DNA from: Anaeramoeba ignava BMAN
Taxonomy: Eukaryota > Protista > Anaeramoebae
Direction of reading: 5' to 3'
Assembly (NCBI GenBank): GCA_028826165.1
Contig: JAPDFW010000063.1
Span: 1,116,001-1,180,000, forward strand
Length of the DNA: 64,000 bases
Part shown: positions 11,299 through 21,932 of the stretch, in pieces
Position numbering within the stretch: position 1 is the stretch's first letter
Layout of the letters: every line of letters starts with the position of its first letter
Notes under the pieces: generated by a model
The model's input: the letters and a program-made list of their open reading frames with translations, nothing else
Database searches by the model: none
What the model was told of the DNA's origin: nothing
Translations under genes and position numbers: made by a program

Positions 11299-14199
11299 CT
11301 AATATTCAAAAATAAATGTTCTAATTTGCATTGGTTTTAATTCAATCAAATCAACTTCATGATCTTGATTAATTTTTTCTTCATTTTTGTTTTGATTAAT
11401 TTTTTCCTCATTTTTGTTTTGATTAATTTTTTCTTCATTTTTGTTTTGATTAATTTTTGGATTTCTTTTTTGATCCCAATTCATTCTCTTTTCTAAACAT
11501 TTTTCAGGAGTTGTTAATAACGACAAAGTTGTTTCTTGAAAATTTTTTGGATGAAAACGACTTGTTGGACAAGAAAAAATTTGAGATAAAGAAATATTGA
11601 CAGATTGAGAAAGTTCTTGATGGTTATCTTTTTCATAAAGATGATGAAACCTCAAAATTCCTTGAGAAGAAGAATACTCATTTTCCATCAAAGAAAGCAA
11701 ATGAACATTTTTTGGAAGATCAACACAAAGAGAAGACAAACGGGTTGAATAGAGAATGATCCAAAATTTGGGGTCAATATTCGGCGTAATCGCATAAGCT
11801 ATTTTGATGGGATTATTCAACAAAAACCAAGAAAGATGTCTTGATTTTTCTGAGTTTTGGATCGAATCAAAAATGATCCAAATTTTAGATGAAAAGTAAG
11901 TGGAATCTGAAAGAGACATATTTAATCCGCACTCATCATCCTGAAGAGTACTTCTTGCGATCATGATTTCGAAATTTCCTGATTTGAGAGAGGCGATTCC
12001 GTGGGGACTATCAGTTATGAATGTGAGTCGTTGATTAGAATCTTGGATCCAAGCGGATGATGAAAAGGGATAGTAATTTTCCGAAATGGAAGTGTTCCGA
12101 TAAATTCGCTTCCGGATTTCCAAGTTATTGTTTGTGTGATATAATATTCCTTCTGAATTAATTGAGCTTTCAAAACGAGTTACTATTTCTTGGCCTTCTT
12201 GCAAATTTGGGCCTAATTTGTGCTCAAGCTCAATTACATTTCCTAGATCGCGATTGTCTGTTTTGAAAATCCTCCAAATCTGAATTATATTTGATGCGAA
12301 TTGCTGGTGGATTTCCTCGTAAAGATCTGTGGAAACGTAAGTAACGCTGTGAACTTTTGCAGAAAAAGGTTCTGCTTGTTGCAAAGGATGGAAAATATAA
12401 GCGCCTGAACGATTTGAAGAATAGTGGAAAATATTATTTTCAACATCGAGAATTTTGTTTGTGATTTTGCTTTCAATTGAATTAAGAAATCCTGTTTTTC
12501 CCGAAAAGGAAAGAGAATAGTATTTATTGCTAATGATGTAATTCTGTGTATTTGCTTGAGCTGGATAATTGATCATTCTTGTGATTTTTGTTGAGATTTG
12601 GATTTGTGATTCGCGTTGTCGTTTGCGAATAAAATGTGTTGTGAATCCTAAAGGAGGAAGTGTGGAAACAAAAGACACTTTTTGGATTTGCTTGTCATAA
12701 ACGCTTCTGACAGGTTTTGAGTCAGGCCCAAGTATTTCAATATCAAGATGTGTTAAAGAAAGATTGAATGAGAGGATTTGATTGGAAAGAGTCCAGCCTA
12801 ATGCGTTGAATAGGAGAATGGGAACAGATTTGTTTTGCGAAAGAAGCAATTCCATTTTGGATTGATTTAATGAAAGTGTTGGTTGTGGACTTTTCCATTT
12901 GAGAAAACTTTGCGAAAGAGAAGAAAGAAACGCATTTTGCGCAGATTTCTCGCCAGAAAGAAGATCGCGAATATACTGGTTTTGGTTCACATCAGGCGTG
13001 GATGTGCCTGTGATTGCATCATGATGAGAACCAATCGCGACTGCATTTCTTAAAGGCAAAATATTGCGAATCAAAGAAGAATTTCCGTTGATTTTCGGAT
13101 TATAAAGAATATTTGAAATTTCTGTCGAAAATAAATTCGCATTTGCAGATTGAATCATGCCTTTTAAAACAGGCCATGATGTGAAAAATCCAGTCCACCA
13201 ATAGGATCCTCTGAAGCAGTAAGGCAGAAAATCGTCATCTTGAATAACAGGATAAGATATTCTTTTGTTTTTGTTGATTCTCTCAAAATATTCACTAAGT
13301 GTTGAATAGTGAACAAGCACCCCATAATCAACAATGTTTGAATTGATGTATTCAACCAATTTGTCCATGTTTCTGAATTCCTTTTCTGGGTCTTGGAACT
13401 CAAAATCTCCTCCAAACAAATAAAGTACGTAGTTATGAAGAAACCACGAATTCTTTTTCTTCCAAGAATAAGTGATCATATCCACCGATTTGACAAGATT
13501 TTCATCCGTGATTTCTTCATTGAGTGGTGAATGATGTTCCCAATTAAACGGGATGGGGGAGGAATAAAGAGATTGGGGACAGACATGAGTGAGCATTTGA
13601 GTTTCTTGTCCCCAATTTGATGATCCTTTCCAAATAAATTCCATATGTTGAGTTTTCATGAATTTTTTCTTGGTTTCCCAAGGAATGCGATCAATCACAA
13701 ACGCATCAAAACACATTTGGGAAAAAAGATAAGGCGACATATTTGAGCTTCCAAAAGGATCAACATGGAAAGCAATTTTTGGAATAGCAAAATCACCGAT
13801 ATTTTCCTTAATCCATTGATGACCAATTGTCATTTGATTGATTATCATGTCATAATTCACTATTGCCTCATCATTCATCACATATCCTCCATGAACAAAC
13901 TCAAATTGATTTTTTTCGATTAATTTGATAACATTTGATTTCATTTCTTCATTTTGTTCTTTCCACCAATATTGAAAAAATACGTTTTCAACATATATAA
14001 ATTTGTGTTTGGGATTCGCAATTAAATCGTTCATTGTATTTGTTAAAATTTCTGATACATTTGATTTATAATATTCTTCTAAAGTATTTAACCATCCTGG
14101 ATCGTTATGACTATGTGGAACAATAAATACTTCAGTTAATTCGTTTGTTGATAAAAAAAATAAACTAATTAAAACAAAATGTAATGAAAAATTTATCAT
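11299..14199 (-). CDS. Lysosomal-type alpha-mannosidase, GH38
   Basis: Signal peptide, VPHSHNDPGWL zinc site, GGYVMNDEA, VDPFG nucleophile motif, YWWTGFFTS, HHDAITGT, SGAYIF and C-terminal LKPMQIRTF. Confidence 0.93.
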   Translation of the reverse strand: MINFSLHFVLISLFFLSTNELTEVFIVPHSHNDPGWLNTLEEYYKSNVSEILTNTMNDLIANPKHKFIYVENVFFQYWWKEQNEEMKSNVIKLIEKNQFEFVHGGYVMNDEAIVNYDMIINQMTIGHQWIKENIGDFAIPKIAFHVDPFGSSNMSPYLFSQMCFDAFVIDRIPWETKKKFMKTQHMEFIWKGSSNWGQETQMLTHVCPQSLYSSPIPFNWEHHSPLNEEITDENLVKSVDMITYSWKKKNSWFLHNYVLYLFGGDFEFQDPEKEFRNMDKLVEYINSNIVDYGVLVHYSTLSEYFERINKNKRISYPVIQDDDFLPYCFRGSYWWTGFFTSWPVLKGMIQSANANLFSTEISNILYNPKINGNSSLIRNILPLRNAVAIGSHHDAITGTSTPDVNQNQYIRDLLSGEKSAQNAFLSSLSQSFLKWKSPQPTLSLNQSKMELLLSQNKSVPILLFNALGWTLSNQILSFNLSLTHLDIEILGPDSKPVRSVYDKQIQKVSFVSTLPPLGFTTHFIRKRQRESQIQISTKITRMINYPAQANTQNYIISNKYYSLSFSGKTGFLNSIESKITNKILDVENNIFHYSSNRSGAYIFHPLQQAEPFSAKVHSVTYVSTDLYEEIHQQFASNIIQIWRIFKTDNRDLGNVIELEHKLGPNLQEGQEIVTRFESSINSEGILYHTNNNLEIRKRIYRNTSISENYYPFSSSAWIQDSNQRLTFITDSPHGIASLKSGNFEIMIARSTLQDDECGLNMSLSDSTYFSSKIWIIFDSIQNSEKSRHLSWFLLNNPIKIAYAITPNIDPKFWIILYSTRLSSLCVDLPKNVHLLSLMENEYSSSQGILRFHHLYEKDNHQELSQSVNISLSQIFSCPTSRFHPKNFQETTLSLLTTPEKCLEKRMNWDQKRNPKINQNKNEEKINQNKNEEKINQNKNEEKINQDHEVDLIELKPMQIRTFIFEY

Positions 14200-14278
14200 T
14201 TAAAAATTAAAGAAAAATTGAAAAAACGAAAAAAATGAAAAAAATTTCTTTTCATTTTTCTTTCTTTTTTTACAGAAA

Positions 14279-17200
14279 ATGATTTACTTTCTTCTTTTCT
14301 TCTTCTTTTTCATTTCTTCCTTTTGCTTTTCCCCAATGATTGTTACACCAAATAGTTATTAAATCAAATGAAACAAAAAAGAAAAAATTAATAATAATTT
14401 CAATTTTTTATTTTTTATTTCTTACTATTTTAAAAAAGATTATTCTTGGGATGGATCAGTTAATCCAACTTTTCCTTTAAGTGGACTTTATGATGATTAT
14501 TATAATTCTGATCCTTTAGTTCTTCCTCCTGGAAATTGGTATTTAGGAATATGAATTTGAATTTGAATTTTAATTTTAATTTTATATTTTATATTTTATT
14601 ATGAATTTTAATTTGAATTTGAATTTTAATTTTAATTTTATTATGGATTTGGATTTTATTATGGATTTTAATTTTAATTTTAATTTTAATTTTAATTTGG
14701 ATTTGGATTTGGATTTAAATTTTAATTTTATATTTTATTATGAATTTGGATTTGAATTTGAATTTGAATTTGAATTTGAATTTGAATTTGAATTTGAATT
14801 TGAATTTATATTTTATTATGAATTTGAATTTGAATTTTAATTTTAATTTTAATTTGGATTTGGATTTGGATTTTATTATGGATTTTAATTTTAATTTTAT
14901 TATGAATTTGAATTTGAATTTGAATTTGGATTTTAATTTGGATTTTAATTTGGATTTAAATTTTAATTTTAATTTTAATTTGGATTTGAATTTGGATTTT
15001 AATTTGGATTTGAATTTGAATTTGAATTTGAATTTTAATTTGGATTTAAATTTTAATTTTAATTTTAATTTGGATTTGGATTTGGATTTAAATTTTAATT
15101 TTAATTTTAATTTTAATTTTAATTTTATTATGAATTTGGATTTGAATTTGAATTTAAATTTGGATTTTAATTTTAATATGAATTTATATTTTAATATGAA
15201 TTTGAATTTATATTTTGATTTTAATTTTAATTTGAATTTTAATTTGGATTTGAATTTGGATTTGAATTTGAATTTGAAATTGGATTTTAATTTTATTATG
15301 AATTTGAAATTGGATTTTAATTTTGAATTTTGATTTTAATTTTGATTTAGGGATTGGAACGAAACAAACCATGATACTGCAAATTTAATTTTATTTTTAA
15401 TTTTAAAAAGTGGAGAAATTTTCAAACAAATTTGGGAACATTTGAAATGATGAATGATTCAGATGGAAATCAATTTGGTTGGAGATTTATTGGAAATGAT
15501 TACCCTTCAACAGGTTATTTTTCAACTCAAAAACAAACAATATAATAATTTTAAATTTTTTCCAAAATTGTTTTCACTTTTATTCTTTTTGTTTATTGAT
15601 AGATTGGGAAGCAAGAGGTGATTTTTGGCAAGGAAGTTCTGGATTGAATTGGGCAAATTTAGGTAAATTTCTTCCATTCCAAAAAAAAAATATTTTGGAT
15701 CATTTTTATTTTACTTCTTTTTATTAGGAACAAATAGTGCCTTGCATTCAACAGGAGGTGGAAATCTTGGAAACGTAAGATTTAAATGTTTAGATTCTGA
15801 AAAATTAATTTTTAACAAAAAAATTTTATTCATCTATACCTTTTAGGGTCAAGCAGTTGTAAATTAAAAAATCAATCAATTTAATTCAAAACAAAATAGT
15901 TTTTTTTTAAAAAACAAATTTTCATTTAGTTATGTAAATTTTTATCAAGAATAACCCAATAAAAATATGGAATATTAATTGATAGTATTCCAAAAAAAAA
16001 AAAAGGTTTGAAAAATAGTTGGTCACTTGATTTTAGAACTGGAGATTCAAATGATTTAGTTTTAATTGGATATTGTGATCATTTATCAAATCCAAATGCA
16101 AAATCAACCTCAACAGATTTTCATTTTCAAACTGCAACCATTCATACAAGTTAGTTAATTTTTATTTCTTTCTTTTATTTAATTAAAAACAAATTATCAA
16201 AAAAAATATAATAGAATCTGGAGCTGATAGAGTTTATGTAAGAGATATTTCAAGAGCAGCAATTGATTTAGGGAATGGAGCAAATGGAAGAACAGATACA
16301 GTTGATGCAACAGATGGTTCAATATTAAAATAAATATTAAATCAAATATTAAAATAAATATTAAAATAAATATTAAATTAAATATTAAATCAAATATTAA
16401 ATTAAATATTAAATTAAATATTAAAATAAATATTAAATCAAATATTAAATCAAATATTAAAATAAATATTAAATTAAATTAAATATCAAATATTAAAATA
16501 AATATTAAATTAAATATTAAATTAAATATTAAATTAAATATTAAATTAAATATTAAATTAAATATTAAATTAAATATTAAATCAAAATATTAAAATCAAA
16601 TATTAAAATAAATATTAAATCAAGTATTAAATTAAATATTAAAATAAATATTAAATCAAATATTAAATCAAATATTAAAATAAATATTAAATTAAATATT
16701 AAATCAAATATTAAATTAAATATTAAATTAAATATTAAATCAAATATTAAATCAAATATTAAATTAAATATTAAATCAAATATTAAATTAAATATTAAAT
16801 CAAAATTAAATCAAATATTAAATCAAATATTAAATTAAGTATTAAATCAAATATTAAATTAAATATTAAATTAAATATTAAAATCAAATATTAAATTAAA
16901 TATTAAATTAAATTAAATCAAATATTAAATTAAATATTGAATTAATTATATTTGAAGGTGATGATGTTATTGCTATTCATGGAAATTCTCATGATTTTAG
17001 AATATTTGGAGGAGCAGGAAATGATGTAGTATTTTGGTATATTGATGAAAATTTACAAAGTACAGCATATTTAGGCCCAAACTTTTTTGGAACTGGATCA
17101 TGGGGAAGTGCATTATGGAGAGATTCGGATACAGATAGATTAGTTCTTGTAATTCCAACATCAACAGAAGTTATTGAAGCAGGTTCAACTCCTGCTGGAA

Positions 17201-17750
17201 AATTAAGAGTTGTTGGAGTTGATTCAAGTTATGTTGTCGATACTCCTACTGAAGATGATGTTTATGCAAGATATTGCATTACTTGTGGTGTTAGCTCAAC
17301 TGTAAGATGCTTTCTCATTTTTCAAAATTAATATTTATTTCTAAATTCATTCAACCCTTTTTGTGATTTTGTTCCATTTTGATTTTTTAGTCAAGAAAAA
17401 CTCTCATTTTAGAATATCGAGATATTTCGGATCAAATTTTGACAGGATATTTTTATGTCACAGATTTCGAAGAAATTCAAGTTGGGGTTGGTCAAGGTGC
17501 AAAAGTTTATGAAATTGATGATGTAAATGGTCATTTAAAGTAAGTTATTTTCTTCTTAAAAATAATTCCTTTCCTTTTATTCAAAAATAAACACAAACAA
17601 TATTTTAGTTATAATTCAAATCTTCAACCTTTGGAAGAACCAAATTTTCCAAGTCAATATTGTCAACCAATTATTGTCTCAAACTCAAATATTTTGGAAA
17701 ATCAGATTTATTTTTTTGTTTTTGGGTTTTTACTTTTATTTTTACTTTAA
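14279..17750 (+). CDS. Secreted, putatively GPI-anchored protein with RTX/beta-roll-like Gly-Asp motifs; 13 exons, 436 aa (absent from ORF track)
   Basis: Hand-built exons 14279-14354, 14439-14538, 15351-15378, 15411-15513, 15603-15662, 15728-15774, 15847-15858, 15930-15933, 16006-16149, 16215-16316, 16958-17301, 17391-17539, 17609-17750 give one stop-free 1311-nt frame. N-terminus MIYFLLFFFFFISSFCFS; internal TGDSNDLVLI, SGADRVYV, DGDDVIAI, FGGAGNDVVF; C-terminus IYFFVFGFLLLFLL*. Confidence 0.8.
14552..15345. repeat. Mixed hexamer repeat (AATTTG/AATTTT/GATTTG) filling intron 2 of the 13-exon gene
   Basis: Visible array inside GT-AG intron 14539-15350. Confidence 0.9.
16321..16945. repeat. 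12-bp repeat (AAATATTAAATY)n filling intron 10 of the 13-exon gene
   Basis: Visible array inside GT-AG intron 16317-16957. Confidence 0.9.
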
Positions 17751-17853
17751 TTGAACTTTAATATTTGGAATTTGAATAATTTACTTTCTTTCTCAATAAG
17801 AATATCTTAATTTTTTTTTTACAAAAGAAAAGTTCATTCAAGTTTAATAAAAA

Positions 17854-19641
17854 TCAAACATTTTTCTTTAATTCAAATTGATATTGATATTGATTTTGAT
17901 TTTTAAATTTGTTAATTAATAAATCAAATAAATTTGGATTTGTTTGATTTAATTGAAAATAATCAATTCCAATTTGAATTTCGTCAATAATTTCTTGTGT
18001 AATTTGAATTTCATCTTTAATTTGATTTGAATAAATCCAATATTCTAATATTTGAAATGATTTATTACTTAATTCACTATAATCTGTAACTTTATTAGAA
18101 GTATCTTCAGTTACAGATAAAAACATTCCTCGATATAATTCACTTCTCATTATTAATATTAATTTAGGAAATTTATATTGTTTTTCTTTTCTTTCAATAA
18201 TAAAATCATTTTCATTTTCATTTAAATAAATTCTTTTCATTGTTTCTTCAATTTTTTCATTGGAGTTTATAATTTCTTTAATTTCAGAATATAATATTGG
18301 ATTTATAATTCTGTTTGAATAAATCATTTCAAATATTTGATTTGATTCTTTTATTGATTTTTTTGAAATAATTTCTTGAAGTTTTTCAATTTCAATTTGA
18401 TTTTGATTTAATCTATATTTCAATATTAATTTATGAGCTTTGATTATTTCTCCATTTTTTGTTTTAAATGAAATGTTGCAAAATTCTTTTCTTTCAAATA
18501 GTTTTATCAAATCTTCTTCAAGATTAGAAAAAGAAGGAGAATAATAAAGGAATGAATTTTGATATCCACAAGAAAGATGATAATCGGAAATATCTTCATT
18601 AAATCTTAATTTAGGAAGTTCAATTTGAATAGGAATTAATTGATTATTTGTATCTCCAGTTCCTAATTCGCCATGAGAATTACCTCCAAATCCTATTAAT
18701 TTTGAATTGGAAGTTAAAATCAAAGTATGTTCATATCCACAAGAAAAATCAAGAATATTATCATCATTTTCAAATAAAGATGATTTGATTTCAGTAAATT
18801 CATAAGTATCTTTATTTTTTCCAAGTCCATTATATTCACAATCTCCGCATGAATAAAGTTTTCTTTTTGGATTTTGATTTTCATTTTCGATCAACATTAT
18901 TGAATGTAAATATCCACATTGAATATCAATTATTTTGCCTTTTGGAATATTTTGTATTTTGGTTAATTTTTTGATTTTCCAATCTTCTTTTCTTGATTTT
19001 CCTAATCCAATTTGTTCCCATTCATTATTTCCGCATGCAAATAATTCTTGATTTGAATTTAAAAGGAAAACATGTTCTGAAATATTTCCTGAAAATATTT
19101 TAGAAACATTTTTCATCATTAAAATTGGTTTTTTTGTTTTTTGGATTGATTGAGAACCAAGTTGACCATAAGAATTTGAACCAATTCCATAAACATTTTG
19201 ATTTGAAGTTAATAAGTAAATTGATTTTCTTCCAGAAACAATATCTTCAATTATTCTATCATTTTTATCTTCAATTAATGATGAAATATTGATAAATTGA
19301 TTTGGATTTTTTGGATTAATATCTTTTCCTTTGGCAAATACATTTCCTTCTAATGTTAAAATAGCTTCATTTTGTTCACCAACAGATACTTTTTGAATAT
19401 TTTCTTCAATTTGGATTTTTTCAGGATTTTGATTTAAATCATTTTCATCTAAATATTCTATTGCTTTTCCATTTTTAAAAAGGAAAATTATTGAAAAATA
19501 ACCTGTTGAAATTTGTTTAATTTGATTTTCATTTTCATTTTCATTTTCAAATTTAAATTGAATTGGTTTTGTTATTCTTTGTGGTTTATTTTTGATAATT
19601 TTTGGTGATTGATTTGAACCAAAAAATAAAATTTCATTCAT
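17854..19641 (-). CDS. RCC1-repeat beta-propeller plus C-terminal BTB/POZ protein (copy 1)
   Basis: RCC1 motifs GSNSYGQLG, CGYLHS, CGYEHTLIL and GGNSHGELG; BTB starts FCNISF..IKAHKLIL, with a second BTB-like unit DFIIE..FPKLILIMRSELYRGMF. Confidence 0.9.
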   Translation of the reverse strand: MNEILFFGSNQSPKIIKNKPQRITKPIQFKFENENENENQIKQISTGYFSIIFLFKNGKAIEYLDENDLNQNPEKIQIEENIQKVSVGEQNEAILTLEGNVFAKGKDINPKNPNQFINISSLIEDKNDRIIEDIVSGRKSIYLLTSNQNVYGIGSNSYGQLGSQSIQKTKKPILMMKNVSKIFSGNISEHVFLLNSNQELFACGNNEWEQIGLGKSRKEDWKIKKLTKIQNIPKGKIIDIQCGYLHSIMLIENENQNPKRKLYSCGDCEYNGLGKNKDTYEFTEIKSSLFENDDNILDFSCGYEHTLILTSNSKLIGFGGNSHGELGTGDTNNQLIPIQIELPKLRFNEDISDYHLSCGYQNSFLYYSPSFSNLEEDLIKLFERKEFCNISFKTKNGEIIKAHKLILKYRLNQNQIEIEKLQEIISKKSIKESNQIFEMIYSNRIINPILYSEIKEIINSNEKIEETMKRIYLNENENDFIIERKEKQYKFPKLILIMRSELYRGMFLSVTEDTSNKVTDYSELSNKSFQILEYWIYSNQIKDEIQITQEIIDEIQIGIDYFQLNQTNPNLFDLLINKFKNQNQYQYQFELKKNV

Positions 19642-19677
19642 TTTTGGAAAAGAAAAAAATGAAAAAATGAAAAAATG

Positions 19678-20112
19678 ATTTTAATTTTAATTTTAATTTT
19701 AATTTAAATTTTGATTTTAATTTTAATTTTAATTTTAATTTTAATTTAAATTTTAATTTTAATTTTAATTTTAATTTTGATTTTAATTTTAATTTTAATT
19801 TTAATTTTAATTTTAATTTTAATTTTAATTTTAAATTTGAATTTTAATTTTAATTTAAATTTTAATTTTAATTTTAATTTTAATTTCAATTTTGATTTTA
19901 ATTTTAATTTTAATTTTAATTTTGATTTTGATTTTAATTTTTGATTTTAATTTTAATTTTAATTTTGATTTTGATTTTAATTTTAATTTTAATTTTAATT
20001 TTAATTTTGATTTTTAATTTTAATTTTAATTTTAATTTTGATTTTAATTTTAATTTTAATTTTAATTTTGAATTTTAATTTTAATTTTAATTTTAATTTT
20101 AATTTTAATTTT
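19678..20112. repeat. (TTTTAA)n hexamer microsatellite between RCC1-BTB copies 2 and 1
   Basis: Visible array filling nearly the whole spacer. Confidence 0.95.
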
Positions 20113-21873
20113 AATTATTAAATTTGTTAATTAATAAATCAAATAAATTTGGATTTGTTTGATTTAATTGAAAATAATCAATTCCAATTTGAATTTCATT
20201 AATTATTTCTTGTGTAATTTGAATTCCATCTTTAATTTGATTTGAATAAATCCAATATTCAAATATTTGAAATGATTTATTACTTAATTCACTATAATCT
20301 GTAACTTTATTAGATTTATCTTCTGTTACAGATAAAAACATTCCTCGATATAATTCACTTCTCATTATTAATATTAATTTAGGAAATTTATATTGGTTTT
20401 CTTTTCTTTCAATTATAAAATCTTTTTCATTTTCATTTAAATAAATTCTTTTCATTGTTTCTTCAATTTTTTCATTTGAATTTATAATTTCTTTAATTTC
20501 AGAATATAATATTGGATTTATAATTCTGTTTGAATAAATCATTTCAAATATTTGATTTGATTCTTTAATTGATTTTTTTGAAATAATTTCTTGAAGTTTT
20601 TCAATTTGATTTTCATCTTGATTTAATCTATATTTCAATATTAATTTATGAGCTGATCAATTATTTCTCCATTTTCTGTTTTAAATGAAATATCACAAAA
20701 TTCTTTTCTTTCAAATAGTTTTATCAAATCTTCTTCAAGATTAGAAAAAGGAGAAAGAAAAGGAGAATAATAAAGAAATGTTTTGTATTCTCCACAAAGA
20801 ACATGATAATTAGGAATATCTTCATTAAATCTTAATTTAGGAATTTCAATTTGAATTGGAACTGATTGATCTATTGTATCACCATTTCCTAATTCGCCAT
20901 GAGAATTACCTCCAAATCCAATCATCTTTCTATTGGAAGTTAAAATCAAAGTATGTTCATGTCCAACAGAAAAATCAAGAATATTATCATCATTTTCAAA
21001 TAAAGATGATTTGATTTCAGTAAATTCATAAGTATCTTCATCTTTGCCAAGTCCATTGTATTGATATCTTCCACATGAATAAAGTTTTCTTTTTGGATTT
21101 TGATTTTCATCTTCAATCAACATTATTGAATGTAAATATCCACATTGAATATCAATTATTTTGCCTTTTGGAATATTTTGGATTTGAGTTAATTTTTGTA
21201 TTATTTCTTCTTCTTTTCTTGATTCTCCTAATCCAAGATGACTGTCTTCATTAAATCCGCATCCAAATAATTCTTGATTTGAATTTAAAAGAAAAACATC
21301 AACTGAAAAACCTCCTGAAAATATTTTAGAAACATTTTTCATCATTAAAATTGGTTTTTCTGTTTTTGGAAGTGTTTCAGAATCAAAACCAAGTTGACCA
21401 AATTGATTATCACCAATTCCATAAACATTTTGATTTGAAGTTAATAAGTAAATTGATTTACCACAACAAAGAGCATCTTGAATTATTCTATCATTTTCAT
21501 CTTCAATTAATGATGAAATATTGATAAATTCATTTGGATTATTTGGATTAATATCTTCTCCTTTGGCAAATACATTTCCTTCTTTTGTTAAAATAGCTTC
21601 ATTATCAAAACCAACAGATACTTTTTGAATATTTTCTTCAATTTGAATTTTTTCAGGATTTTGATTTAAATTTCTTAAATACTCTATTGCTTTTCCATTT
21701 TTAAAAAGGAAAATTGTTGAAAAATTTGAAGTTGAAATTTGTTTAATTTGATTTTCATTTTCATTTTCATTTTCATTTTTAAATTTAAATTGAATTGGTT
21801 TTATTATTTCATTTGATTCATTTTTGAAAAGTTTTGGCTCTTTATTTCTTCCAAAAAATAAAATTTCATTCAT
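20111..21873 (-). pseudogene. RCC1-BTB protein (copy 2), frameshifted near 20655
   Basis: ORFs 21873-20641 and 20638-20111 together match the paralogs. The sequence reads ATT GA[TC]A GCT CAT where paralogs have ATT GAA GCT CAT, a 2-nt insertion at the start of the BTB. Could be an assembly error. Confidence 0.7.
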
Positions 21874-21932
21874 TTTTGAAAAAGAAAAAAAATGAAAAAA
21901 TGATTTTTGTGAAATTCATTTTTCTTTTTTTA

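Noticed and set aside
14539-14560. AT-starting (U12-type) intron after LGI in the 13-exon gene
   Set aside because: A canonical GT donor at 14539 gives the correct phase, and there is no ATATCC U12 consensus.
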